A DNA stretch of 64,000 bases, from positions 18,786,995-18,850,994 of the forward strand of contig OZ037765.1 in assembly GCA_964035545.1 (NCBI GenBank), given 5' to 3'. This stretch comes from Bugula neritina (lineage: Eukaryota; Animalia; Bryozoa). A model generated the notes under the pieces. That model saw only the letters and a list, made by a program, of their open reading frames with translations. It was not told the origin of the DNA and did not search any database. The first letter of the stretch is position 1; each line of letters starts with the position of its first letter. Positions 1 through 10,399 of the stretch are shown here, piece after piece. A program made the translations under genes and the position numbers.

Positions 1-3000
1 TTCTTTCGGTGAAAATGGAATGTAGATATTTGCTAAGATCAGGTAGCTGGGATGGAGGCTGGATTTTATGGATAAGTATGGGTCTGGCAGGGTTGGTAAA
101 GGTGGAGTCATCAATTGCCTGTAACAAAAAAGTAGAGTTAATATGACTAACTGTACAATACTGTTGTACAGTTATTTAATTTTTCTTGTAACTTCAATAA
201 TGATTATATTTAACAAACAATTGTTTTACAATAAAATATTTTCAATACAGAAGCTTATATAAGATACATTCAGATTACAAACATATGGCTGAAACATCCG
301 CAGGCCTGAGAATTCACTTAAATTTCAGCACTTTCAGTAAATATTCATAAGAAAATATCACTTCAAGTTGATTTCTATAAATAATACATTAAAAGTTGGC
401 TGATTGTGATATCTCAACAGGAAGTGACTCATGACACACTTCTTATGTCGTGAGAGAGTGACTAAAAAAATATAATTAATTCACAAAACAAAGCGTTAGA
501 GGTTATGCTCTTAAACCTGCTACTCGAAATAAGGACTTATATCCACTCAGCCCACTTCATACCCAACATCTCACTTTATTGCTGTTTAGTTACAGATAGC
601 ATGACCTAAAGGTTATAACCAATAACTACCCGCTGCCAAAAGCAATTATAAGAGCAGAAAAAAACTCACAGTCAACTTTGGGGTAGGAAAAGGATTTTTG
701 TCATGACAATCGCCTGGAGATTGTTCTTCATACCCCAACAAGCCACCGGGTGATTGCTTATCTAGTGCTAGCTTCTGCCTTAATAGAGCCTCTTCTATGA
801 AACCATGTAGCTCCTTTACTCGAGCATCTCCACATGTAGAAAGATCTGAATTCGCTGCTTTCAGCGCTCTGTAGTTGGACATTACCAATGAACTTTCTTG
901 ACACACAGTTGACAGAAATCGTGGCAGACCTACACAGGTGAAACATATTATATGGTTACATTGTAGAGGTGAATACTCTGTCAGACCAATAGATCCGTGT
1001 ACCAGACTGAAAAGATGGATTTGGAGACATTGGCAGATGTTGATGTCAAGGTTGCTGAAATCTTTAAATAACTTACATTATTACCGTAGAGTATGATCTA
1101 AGCTTATTTAGCTGCTCATCAATAAATGAAAATAAAAATTTCATTATATCTATGGCTTTTTATCAACATACCTAATGTGACTCAAAAACCCAATGATATG
1201 AATTGGATCAAAGTATTTACCATTTCTCACTACTTTTTTGAGAGCATAATCAGGCATCCTGGTTTTAGTATCGTCTATATAAGTCATGATGTAGTCGAAG
1301 CCATTCTGAATAGAAAAGAAAAATTGCTGAATATACATTGACAGCAGTATAACATGTAAAGAAAAAAAGTTACACCGGTCTACAATAAAATGGAAGATTG
1401 AATTTGAATAAAATAGCAGAAGGTAAATTAAAACTTTAACAATAATTTGGTCTTGTAGATCACCAACCAAAAGATTCTACAATTCATAAATTAGAATAGG
1501 TTGTACTATAAACTTATTTTACAATGAAAATTGTAATTTTTATACTTTTGTTTATAATTTTTCCAACATGTGATCAAAGCAAAATAGCTTTTGTGAAGCC
1601 AACATTTTAAAGTCGCCGCAAACTGTTTGCTTTAGCAAGTATGACTTGAATTTGATGTGTCTTAAAAATAGTTTCTTTCAACTAGAAAACACTAAAAACA
1701 AAATAGTTTGCGTTGATCTACATGATAATTTAAAAAAAAACCCGTTATATTTTTATGACTAAAAAATTCATCAGCTACAGCTGCGGTTAAGTAATTGGAG
1801 CACTGGTCTAAAGTGCTAAGTCATAGGTTTGAAGCCCAACAGAGTCAGTGGTGATGTAAAGAAAAGCATCTAGTCATAATTACTCCTGCACTACTTAAAC
1901 ACAATTCTTAGTTTGCTTTAAAACCCCTACCATCAGGGGTTCTCACAAAGATAAGATAATTAAATTTTAAACAAATGTGAGAGTGTATAGAGTATAGACT
2001 ATCAAGATTCTACATTATGCTACATATCACAGCTACCTCTGTAAAAGTGGTATGAGGCTGGACAAGCATCTTGCTTTCATAGTCTGTAACCCGAACAAAA
2101 TTTTTCTTTTCAGGGTGGTCAGGATGCAACACTGCTCGATTTATCAATACCAGTGCATTTTTCTCTAAGTCTATCACATGCCTAAAATAAATTTTAATCT
2201 AAAATGCTAAGGTGGTAATTGATATTCTAGTCATACAAAATCTAGACGTTGAAAAACTCTCAAGTTTGTATGATTTGGCTGAAATAAGTCTAGGGTTCGA
2301 GCCTTAGGACAATTTTTGAATATCTTTTAGAATAAGCCATATTTATGACCTCCATGCAAATCATATTGACGCCCAAATTGCATCAAAAACAAATTAAAAT
2401 AAAGAATACACAAACATGGGTAAACCTGGGTGTATTGTAATTCTATATGCTAGTCAGAAGCAGTGTTAGGGTAGAGTGTAAATTACCGTCTTGCAAAGAC
2501 ATAATCTCTTTTAGCTAAGGGTCTGGGAAAATTCACTCTCCAGTAGACCTGCTCAAAATATTCAGCGAGATCCGCTTTATTAGAAACCAAGTTGACGATC
2601 TCGTCAGTATTGGAATCCCAGCTTTCTCTCTGTGTTGTAGTTACCTATAAAGGGGTGAAGATGGAAAGGCTAATAAAATAACATTTAAGGAATATAATAT
2701 CGTAGAAGATTAGTTATAGTTCTGGTATTTTGAATAATAAATAGATACAAAATTAGGAGCTAATACTTTGCTCATGAAAAGTATGTTGAAATGCTATAAA
2801 GATTCAAATATTAAAATTAAAGATATCATTCTCGAAAACAGGTATTGAGATGTATGCTGTACCAACCTGTATGTAAAAGAAGGCAATGGCAGGAATATCC
2901 TTATATCTGCCATGAACTACAAGAGATGAACAAAAACATAATATTTGTGAGGAGCAGAAGGACTAAACTTGATCCTTTATCCAGTGAGCACTTTGTCAAG

Positions 3001-4098
3001 TTTCTAAATTGGGCTTAAAAGACTCCGTATACCCGTTGAAAATAAGTTTAGCAATACAAAATAAATTTAGTTCGAAGATTGTTGAGCAAAAAATTTGAAC
3101 TAATTTTAATTTTGTAATACTCAACTGATTTTTAACTGATATGTAGAGTCCTTTAAACCCCAAAATGATACAAAAATGAAGTCGCTAACTCCAAGATCTT
3201 CAAAAACCCACTATACTGATTAAAAGTTAGCATTCATAATCGAGATACCCCTATTACAGATGTTATTGGCTGGAACTCTCATGCTGTAGCCTAGATGAAA
3301 GAATTGCAGTAAGAAGCTACCTTTATATTGCCTATAGCTTTTATTTTCTATTGGTCTGCTCCAAATAGTAACAGCAGGGCCGCTCCACTCCAAACTCCAG
3401 TCATTGTCTGCCCCACCACCATTGCCCGAGGCACCATCTTTGTCGGCACTGTGAGACTCTAGAACCTCCTGGAGCTCTTTTATAGCACTATAAACATTAT
3501 TACCGTATTGTTTAACAAAAATTAAAAAATAAATTAATAAATTTCAATAATAGAAAATGCCAACACATGAAAATAAATGCTAAGCTACATGAATAGTGCT
3601 ACTAAAGTATTACCAATTCATTTCTGTTGAAGTGATATCCTTCATATCCTCATCATTGGATAAGCTATCATCCTGGTGAGGAACTGATGAAGCTAGTACT
3701 GCAGAGCAAAGGGCCATGTTAGTAAAGTCTTGACATTTGTTAGAACCACTGCTTTTATGGTAATCATAGTTTGAGTGATGATTTTTCTGTGAATGCAGAG
3801 TGTATGCAGCTTTTGATTGTCGGTTTTCCTTATTCATCAAATATAGTGAGGTTTCATTCTGCTGATAAACAGTCTCTAAGGTTTGTTTAATAGTGGTGAT
3901 CTGAAGAAGTAGGGCCTTGTGGAGTCGATCAAGCCTCCATTTTATAGCATGAAAACGGAAGTGGTGCGAGTTTCTTCGAGCAGTGAGAGAAGGTTTGATG
4001 AAATTCCAACATCTGGATAAGTTGATTGAAGAAAACGGCATTCTTGAAGCGAGATGTGCTCTATTCCTAACACTTAAAACATGTTTTAGCTTGCTCAT
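1..4098 (-). CDS. STARD7: StAR-related lipid transfer protein 7-like (START domain, PCTP/STARD7 subfamily), multi-exon, 3' end outside window
   Basis: GT-AG exons in consistent phase: 4098-3614, 3487-3321, 2916-2867, 2644-2487, 2181-2037, 1305-1221, 929-670, 118-<1. Spliced protein contains WSRPIENKSYRQYKVHGRYKDI, VYWRVNFPRPLAKRDYVFARR, NFVRVTDYESKMLVQPH, NGFDYIMTYID and GLPRFL, collinear with the STARD7 START domain. The Arg/Ser-rich N-terminus fits a mitochondrial presequence. Confidence 0.85.
1776..1965 (+). mobile_element. Diverged copy of the tRNA-derived SINE family also at 33033 and 55885
   Basis: Shares the core 'tggtgatgtaaagaaaagcatctagtcataattactcctg...ccatcaggggttctc' with the other two copies; degenerate tRNA-like head. 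Boundaries approximate. Confidence 0.65.
3015..3156. mobile_element. Small TTAA-flanked inverted-repeat element (Kolobok/piggyBac-type MITE, degenerate)
   Basis: Left end ttaaaagactccgtatacccgttgaaaa versus reverse complement of right end ttaaaggactctacatatcagttaaaaa, about 21/28 identical; TTAA at both ends; intronic. Confidence 0.4.
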
Positions 4099-4229
4099 TC
4101 TAACTTTAAATTTCTAAAAGTAACACATAACAGTTCAGTGTAACCAGGAGTAATCTATAAATTTTCATAAAAGGAAACAGTTTTATCAAGAAAATCAACA
4201 TATGATCAACAGCAAAGGTATAGCTAGTC

Positions 4230-4734
4230 CAGGGTTGGGGTCAATTACATATGAATGTAATTAATTACAATTACATGAGAATTTGTCAATTACAATTACA
4301 GTTGAAATAAATGTAATTAACTACAATTACATGGTAAGGTAATTAATTAGCTACAATTACTTTTGTTCTCACAAGAGGCAAATAAAAGTTGTATAATCTC
4401 ACTTCTGGGGTCCAACTACCAGGGGCAATTTTGACAACTGAAAACTTTCTTTGTTCTCAACAGTAACCAATACGGTGATATATACGACATTAAATTAATC
4501 TGAACTTTTTATTAAACAGTAGGCCAGGCAGGAAAAATATGAATTTTATAAGATTTAAAAATTTGAAGTAATTATTATGTAATTATAAAGTAATTGTAAA
4601 ATTCAATTACATTAGCAATGTAATTAATTACAATTACAATTTTATACATCAATTGCAAATTACATTCAATTACTTGAAAAAATGTAATTAATTACAACCC
4701 ATTACAATTACAAATTACAATTACCCCAACCCTA
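4230..4734. mobile_element. Non-autonomous DNA transposon (MITE) with AGGGTTGGGGT TIRs and subterminal AATTAC/GTAATT arrays
   Basis: Starts cagggttggggt, ends accccaacccta; many AATTAC/GTAATT motifs near both ends; flanks atagctagtc (4220-4229) and atagctactc (4735-4744). Confidence 0.75.
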
Positions 4735-5099
4735 ATAGCTACTCAAGGCCGGTGGGATGACAACAGGAGCTTTAAATTGTAAAAATAATGCTGAACGCTA
4801 TTTTAAAAAATACTGCAGAACCTGTAAGCTAACACTTTAACAGGGCTAAACTAAACAATATAAAATGGTAAATTATGTCACTACACATATTTAATAAACT
4901 TACTATAGTTTAAAAGTTTTGCTTATGTTTTTTTATTGAGCTATAGTTTGCTTTCAAGTTCAAGCTGTCAGTTAAATCACTAATTTAGACTATCAAACGC
5001 TGCTAATCCAATAAATAATACTACTAAGGCAGTACATGTGAAAACCAGCTGAAGTTGGTGATTTATAAGTAATAATTTTAGATTTAATAAAAAGTAATT

Positions 5100-7500
5100 A
5101 CATTTATTAAATTAAATATCATCATACAATAATAAATATAATGATAATCATCATTATAACAATCATAATGGCCATTAAACTATAAGTATAAATTATAATA
5201 AAAACATTATAGTTGTTAATGAAAACCATATAAAATTTAAATTCTGTACTTCACGTTAAATATTACTTTATAATGTATTACAATTATAATATCTAAATAA
5301 ATATTTATAGATATAATACTACAATAGTTGAATCATATATAAAACTAATTTAAGGTAGACATAAGCAATACTTACACTAGCAGCTATAGTTACTAATACT
5401 AATTATTTATTACTTATATTAATATAGCTATAATTATAGTAATATTTATATTACTAGTTATATTTAGTGCCTATAGGACATGGGCTATGAGTATGGCCTA
5501 TCACCATGGCAATGGGAATGGGCTATGGCTACAGTTTTAGTATAACTAATAACTATAAGTATAAATATATCTATATAGTTCATTTTCATACTGACACTAG
5601 CTATGGCTATTACTATCGGCTATTCCTACTCTTAATTCTATTGCCAGTGAATCATTAATCAATAATATTGATATTGAATTTTATGATTAAACTTAAACTT
5701 GAAGTGATAATCTATATCAGTATCAGTATGAGCTTCACTATAATTTTAAGTTGATGACCATCAATATCATAATCATCTGCAAGTGTAACTCTGTAAGTGT
5801 AATGATTATGATATTTATTATCACCATGGCTTTGAGTATAAGTATCAGTATGATTAATGATTATGAATAACTTTAATTACAATAAATATACGAGGGTGAT
5901 TTGAAAAGTAAAGATAATTTCTGAAATATCATTATAATACATGCCTATTTTTTTAGAATTATGTTGTTACAGGGGTTGTCTTGAATCAGCAGGTTTGAGG
6001 CATTACTTCTTTTTGAGGGTATTAATGTGGCAGTGCCACTTGAAATTTTTCCACATGTTAAACAGAGAGCTGTAATCAAGTTTGTCTCAAATGAGGGAGT
6101 CGGACCAAGTAAAATCTATACGGCAATGAAAGCTCAATGTGGTGACAGTTGCTTAAAACAAAGCAGTGTTTTCAAAAAAGCTAACTGTTTTAAGGAAAGA
6201 ACGACTTCTTGAGAGAATGGACTTAAATCGGGTGGGCCAAAAGCAAAAGAGGTGGCTACACCAGCCAATTTGGAGACCGTAGAAACTTTTGTCAGGGCAG
6301 TCGGAAGTGCATCAGTATAGGAGAAAATTGCTAAGTTAATGGACATTACCATTTGGATGGTGCATTCCATCTCACTTTAGAAAAACATTAAGAAGAGTAT
6401 ATGCAAGTAATCTCATGGTGTCGATAGCCACTGAGACTCTGCAAGGCCACACTGACACTTTGCCACCCCAACCATTGAGACCATGAACCAACTAGGTTAG
6501 GTACTATTGGAGTATCCATCCACTTTACAGTCCTGATCTTGCACCTTCTGATTACCATCTCTTTGATGCTTTAAAGTTCCACGCCAGAGGTATTTATTCA
6601 CACTAGCCTTCTGCCACGAACAATTCGTGAGATGCGTGGAGAATATAATAACTAATTACAAAACAGCAAATGCTGTAACAAGTGCTATAAGGGGTTCTCT
6701 TCAGACATATCAGTTGCTGCTGAAGTCCTACCTCAACTGAGGTAATAAACTGAGGTAATTCACACAGAGACTCATGACAAGGTCAATCCTACTGTGAGCA
6801 AATTTTTACTGAGATGGATACTATCACTATGCTAATGGAATTAAAAAAGATAGCACCAAGTTGACAGAAATGAGTTGACTTGCCAGAAAATCATGTTGAA
6901 AAAAATTAAGTCTTTATCAGTAACTTGATTACAACTTGACTTATGATAAAATTATCTTACTTCTAGTTTCTCAAATCGCCCTCGTGATAATAAATTACTA
7001 TTAGTATTACTCTTAGTATTAGTATTACAATATGAATATTACACTTAGTAACTCTTAGTTCTACTATAAGTATAAGTATAACTATTAGACTTAGTATTAC
7101 TATTACTATTAGTATTAGCAGCATTAGTCACTATTAGTAATAATATTAGAATATTTATATTGGCTTGAAGTTGAAACTTGAATATCATAAGGCTAAGCCC
7201 TCATTCACAGTGATAATCATTGTGATTAAATAATTAATATTATGATATTCATATTCATATTGATTATCATTATCATTATAATACTTATAGAGTTATACTA
7301 ATACTAATACTATTAGTATTAGTAATAGTAAATGTAATACTAATACTAATAGTAATAGTAATAGTAATAGTAATAGTAATACAATTAAATATGGCCGATA
7401 ACTTAAAATTGAGTCAAAACAACATAATGGTGCACTAGTACTAGTAGCTATAAATTTAAACCAGTGTTATCAGCATTACAGCTTAATTGTGACTATTACC
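5100..7500. repeat. AT-rich low-complexity tract with degenerate hexamer periodicity (agtaat/actaat/atggct/agtatc), interrupted by the mariner
   Basis: Runs such as (agtaat)n at 7350-7380, (actaat)n at about 7297-7350, ggctat/gagtat at 5480-5530 and atcagt at 5716-5730. Confidence 0.55.
5891..6984 (+). mobile_element. Internally deleted, decayed mariner (Tc1/mariner, DD34D type) transposon
   Basis: TIRs cgagggtgatttgaaaa / ttctcaaatcgccctcg with TA on the left. ORF 6027-6212 is the mariner N-terminal HTH (KQRAVIKF...G...I...M). YSPDLAPSDYHLF at about 6526-6564 and an ARPH remnant near 6440. WVPH and first-Asp region not found; stops and frameshifts present. Confidence 0.88.
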
Positions 7501-9023
7501 ATTAGTACTTGTTTAGATTTTATTCCACTTATAGTTATCCAATAATAATTTATTAGGGTGATGGTAAAAATGTGATGACCTTGGCACGCAGAAAGCATTT
7601 TATTCCAATCGCTGTGTGATTAACCAAAGATTTTAGCCACTGAACTAGAAAATTTGTTCTAATCGATTAGTTTTAGTGCCCCGTTGAGCTATACAAAAAA
7701 TATCTTGAGCGCTTGAAGTTGGTTTCTTAAGCTAGGAGTTAAGTCCCCCCAACTCAATGAACTCAATAATTATTATTCCAGCTTAGTGCCCCAACTCCAA
7801 ACTTGAGAACCCCCCCCCCCCCCCCGTACACCTATTGCACTTATTCACCCCAACTCGAAGTTGCTGAAAGAGCGACTCTGTGAGCTTATAAAGCATATAA
7901 AACTCAGGCTTTAACCTAAACGGTATACCGTATATCTGTAACCTATGCCTAATGCCTATAAAGTATACGTAAATACTGGAATCACATACTCATTAGTTAC
8001 ATTAGTACTTACACTTATTTTATTACTATAATTAGTTCGGAAACTGCATTGTCACAAGCTATACAATCTAATAAGCAAGGTGTACTGTAGTAAGCTCTCA
8101 ATAAGCTTACGCTTCAGCTTTCTCTCTTTTAGAGTTAAGCTGATAACGTGAGGAGTTGAGAAACAACAGTGTATACTGCTAAGAGAATTGGTGCTGCAAG
8201 GGTTTAAACTTTAAACTACCAGTGTAGTTTGCATAACATATAGCAAAAATAAAATAGTGCAGTATAAATAATCTAAGTAAGTGATCTTCCGACAAATTGC
8301 AAGTAATTACCTTGTGCTGTGTCAGTGGCAATGATTTGGCAAAGACCTCTCCACCCAAATAACTCTATTTTGCTATAAAACAAGCAGTATGGACTTTTAT
8401 AGGTGATATCGGCTGCTAGAAACACAATTATATCATGTTTCAATATAAGGTAAAATTTGTCACTATCAATTATCTGCCAAAGTTCAAGCCAGTCTGTAGT
8501 AACTTTGAATGTATTGTTTTATTAAAGCGCTGCAATTCCATTGTTGAAAAAAATTGTTGGCACAATTATTTTTCACATTGTTATACATAATACATTCATT
8601 GATTTCTGCATTTTGTATATTGCATTGTACACAATTTTACAAAATATTGAGAAAAATATTCAAGCTTCAACATGTCATTCAACATTTTACTATGGGAATA
8701 GACAAGGTGCTTACCTTTGTTGATATTTGCTGCATGTGTGTTGACCTCACTTCTAATAGCCACTCACTCAATCAATGGTGAAATTTTTATCAGTAACTGA
8801 GTGATTTTGAATAGGGTAACTTTTATGTATAGATACTGATAGCAGGATATATACAAGGCATGAAGTTGTCAGCATTTAACAGAAACTTTTAAAATTAGTT
8901 ATAGCAGTATTTGCTTCATGGGGTTTTAAGCTAGCAGTCTTCAAAATGCACTAAAAAATATTTCAATTTAGTTAAAAAACAAATTAAATTTGAAAACCAA
9001 CTTTGTATTTTGTGCCACAGTAT

Positions 9024-9431
9024 TGTGGTAGATTTTAGTGGTGCAAGTATTATTGTATTAATCGAAAAGGTTCACTTCATATTGTTTATTATCTTGTGAG
9101 TTCGACACTGTCGGAGTGTAGCTATGGACAGCAGTGGCACCACTAGTAACCACCAATCAAGACAGTCACACTAATTGATAGCAGGTGGAGCTAGCTACTC
9201 GTAGTTGCAGTGCGCTGAGTAGCTAGCCGGCAGAGCAGCTTGGGACTTCATTTAGAACAGTTGTGTATTAAAGCTCACTAATTATGTAATCGTTTTCTAT
9301 CCGTGCTAGCAGTAAATAACCTTCTTGTATTTGTGTAAATAATAAAGTATCTTATCGTAAACAACCTGTCGCAGTGGCTTTGTTTAAGTAGACCCACACA
9401 TAATAATAGTGAACTGGCAAAATTCACTACA
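9024..9431 (+). repeat. 5' LTR (408 bp)
   Basis: TGTGGT...CTACA; direct repeat of 16195-16602 with 4 substitutions by eye; AATAAA at 9341-9346. Confidence 0.97.
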
Positions 9432-9432
9432 C

Positions 9433-9450
9433 TGGTGGCAGCGGTGGGAT
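9433..9450 (+). promoter_or_regulatory. Primer binding site complementary to the tRNA-Leu 3' end
   Basis: TGGTGGCAGCGGTGGGAT, 1 nt after the LTR, is the reverse complement of ATCCCACCGCTGCCA-CCA, the 3' end of metazoan tRNA-Leu(AAG/TAG type). Confidence 0.9.
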
Positions 9451-9486
9451 TCCACTTAATACAAATGCCCCTAGCCAGGGAGTAAG

Positions 9487-10356
9487 ATGGCCGACGAAGT
9501 CGTCGACGCGCCCCGACAGGAGCCAGCAGCAATAGAGGAGGATCACATAGGCGGCCCAGCGCTGCCTATGGACAGGTACCACTTGCGGGCTCCCATCTTC
9601 TCAGGAGAAGAGGATGTGGAGCAATTCATCACTGAGTTCAGTGATGTGGCGGACATCTGCGGATGGCCGAACAGGGTTACTCTGATCCAGCTGCGGTTGT
9701 GTCTGACAGGGCCGGCTAAACCCTATGGGATAAGCCAGAATGTCGGTGACATATTTGAAGCAATACGAGCTAGGTTTGGATTAACCGCTCGAGATGCTCG
9801 CGTGCAACTGCAGAGTCTTAGGAGAAATCCTAAGACCAATCTGCGAGAGCACGCTACCGTAGTCGAACGACTGGCACAAGTTGCTTACAGCGACTTGCCT
9901 GCCGATGGTCGACAGAGCCTAGCACTGGATGCATTCCTCCAGTCTATTAACAACCTCGGTCTTAAACAGCATCTGCTGGTGGCCGAAGTTGAGACTATGG
10001 AGAGAGCTCTAAGGCTTGGGAATGCCTATTTCCAAGCCGACAGTGCAAGTCGACCTGGCGCGACAGTACAGCAAGTCGGGGCAGACGACGTGTCGACGTC
10101 GCCAACGAAGACAGCTGTACAGGTCGCAGCGGCAGCAGCAGACGAATCTAGCTTAACCACGAGCTTGATTCGAGAACTGCTCGCCGAGTTCAGGCAACTG
10201 CGCCAGCAGGCGACAGCCGAGAGACCCAAGAGGTCGTCGGTAGCTGTCGCCGACAGGCGCGGCCCCGTATGCTGGGGCTGTGGTAGTGGTGGGCACTTCC
10301 TACGAAGTTGCCCCCGCGGCAGTGGGAGGCGGTTAAACAGCGACGGCCCACGGTAA
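9487..10356 (+). CDS. gag: Gypsy Gag (capsid-like region plus CCHC zinc knuckle)
   Basis: Intact 289-aa ORF just after the PBS; PIFSG...FITEF...W capsid-like start; CWGCGSGGHFLRSC is CX2CX4HX4C. Confidence 0.92.
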   Translation: MADEVVDAPRQEPAAIEEDHIGGPALPMDRYHLRAPIFSGEEDVEQFITEFSDVADICGWPNRVTLIQLRLCLTGPAKPYGISQNVGDIFEAIRARFGLTARDARVQLQSLRRNPKTNLREHATVVERLAQVAYSDLPADGRQSLALDAFLQSINNLGLKQHLLVAEVETMERALRLGNAYFQADSASRPGATVQQVGADDVSTSPTKTAVQVAAAAADESSLTTSLIRELLAEFRQLRQQATAERPKRSSVAVADRRGPVCWGCGSGGHFLRSCPRGSGRRLNSDGPR

Positions 10357-10399
10357 CTTCCGCCTACCGTGGGCCCCAGTTTAACCCCCAAGGCAGAGG
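10332..10399 (+). promoter_or_regulatory. Putative -1 programmed ribosomal frameshift signal (gag-pol)
   Basis: Slippery G_TTA_AAC (10332-10338) in the gag frame, 6-nt spacer, then a perfect 11-bp stem 10345-10355/10365-10375. The loop may pair with 10392-10399 (pseudoknot). Confidence 0.7.

Noticed and set aside
1003-1054. Possible cassette exon in STARD7
   Set aside because: 52 nt would shift the frame; the direct 1221-to-929 splice restores the conserved G-L/M-P-x-F-L helix.
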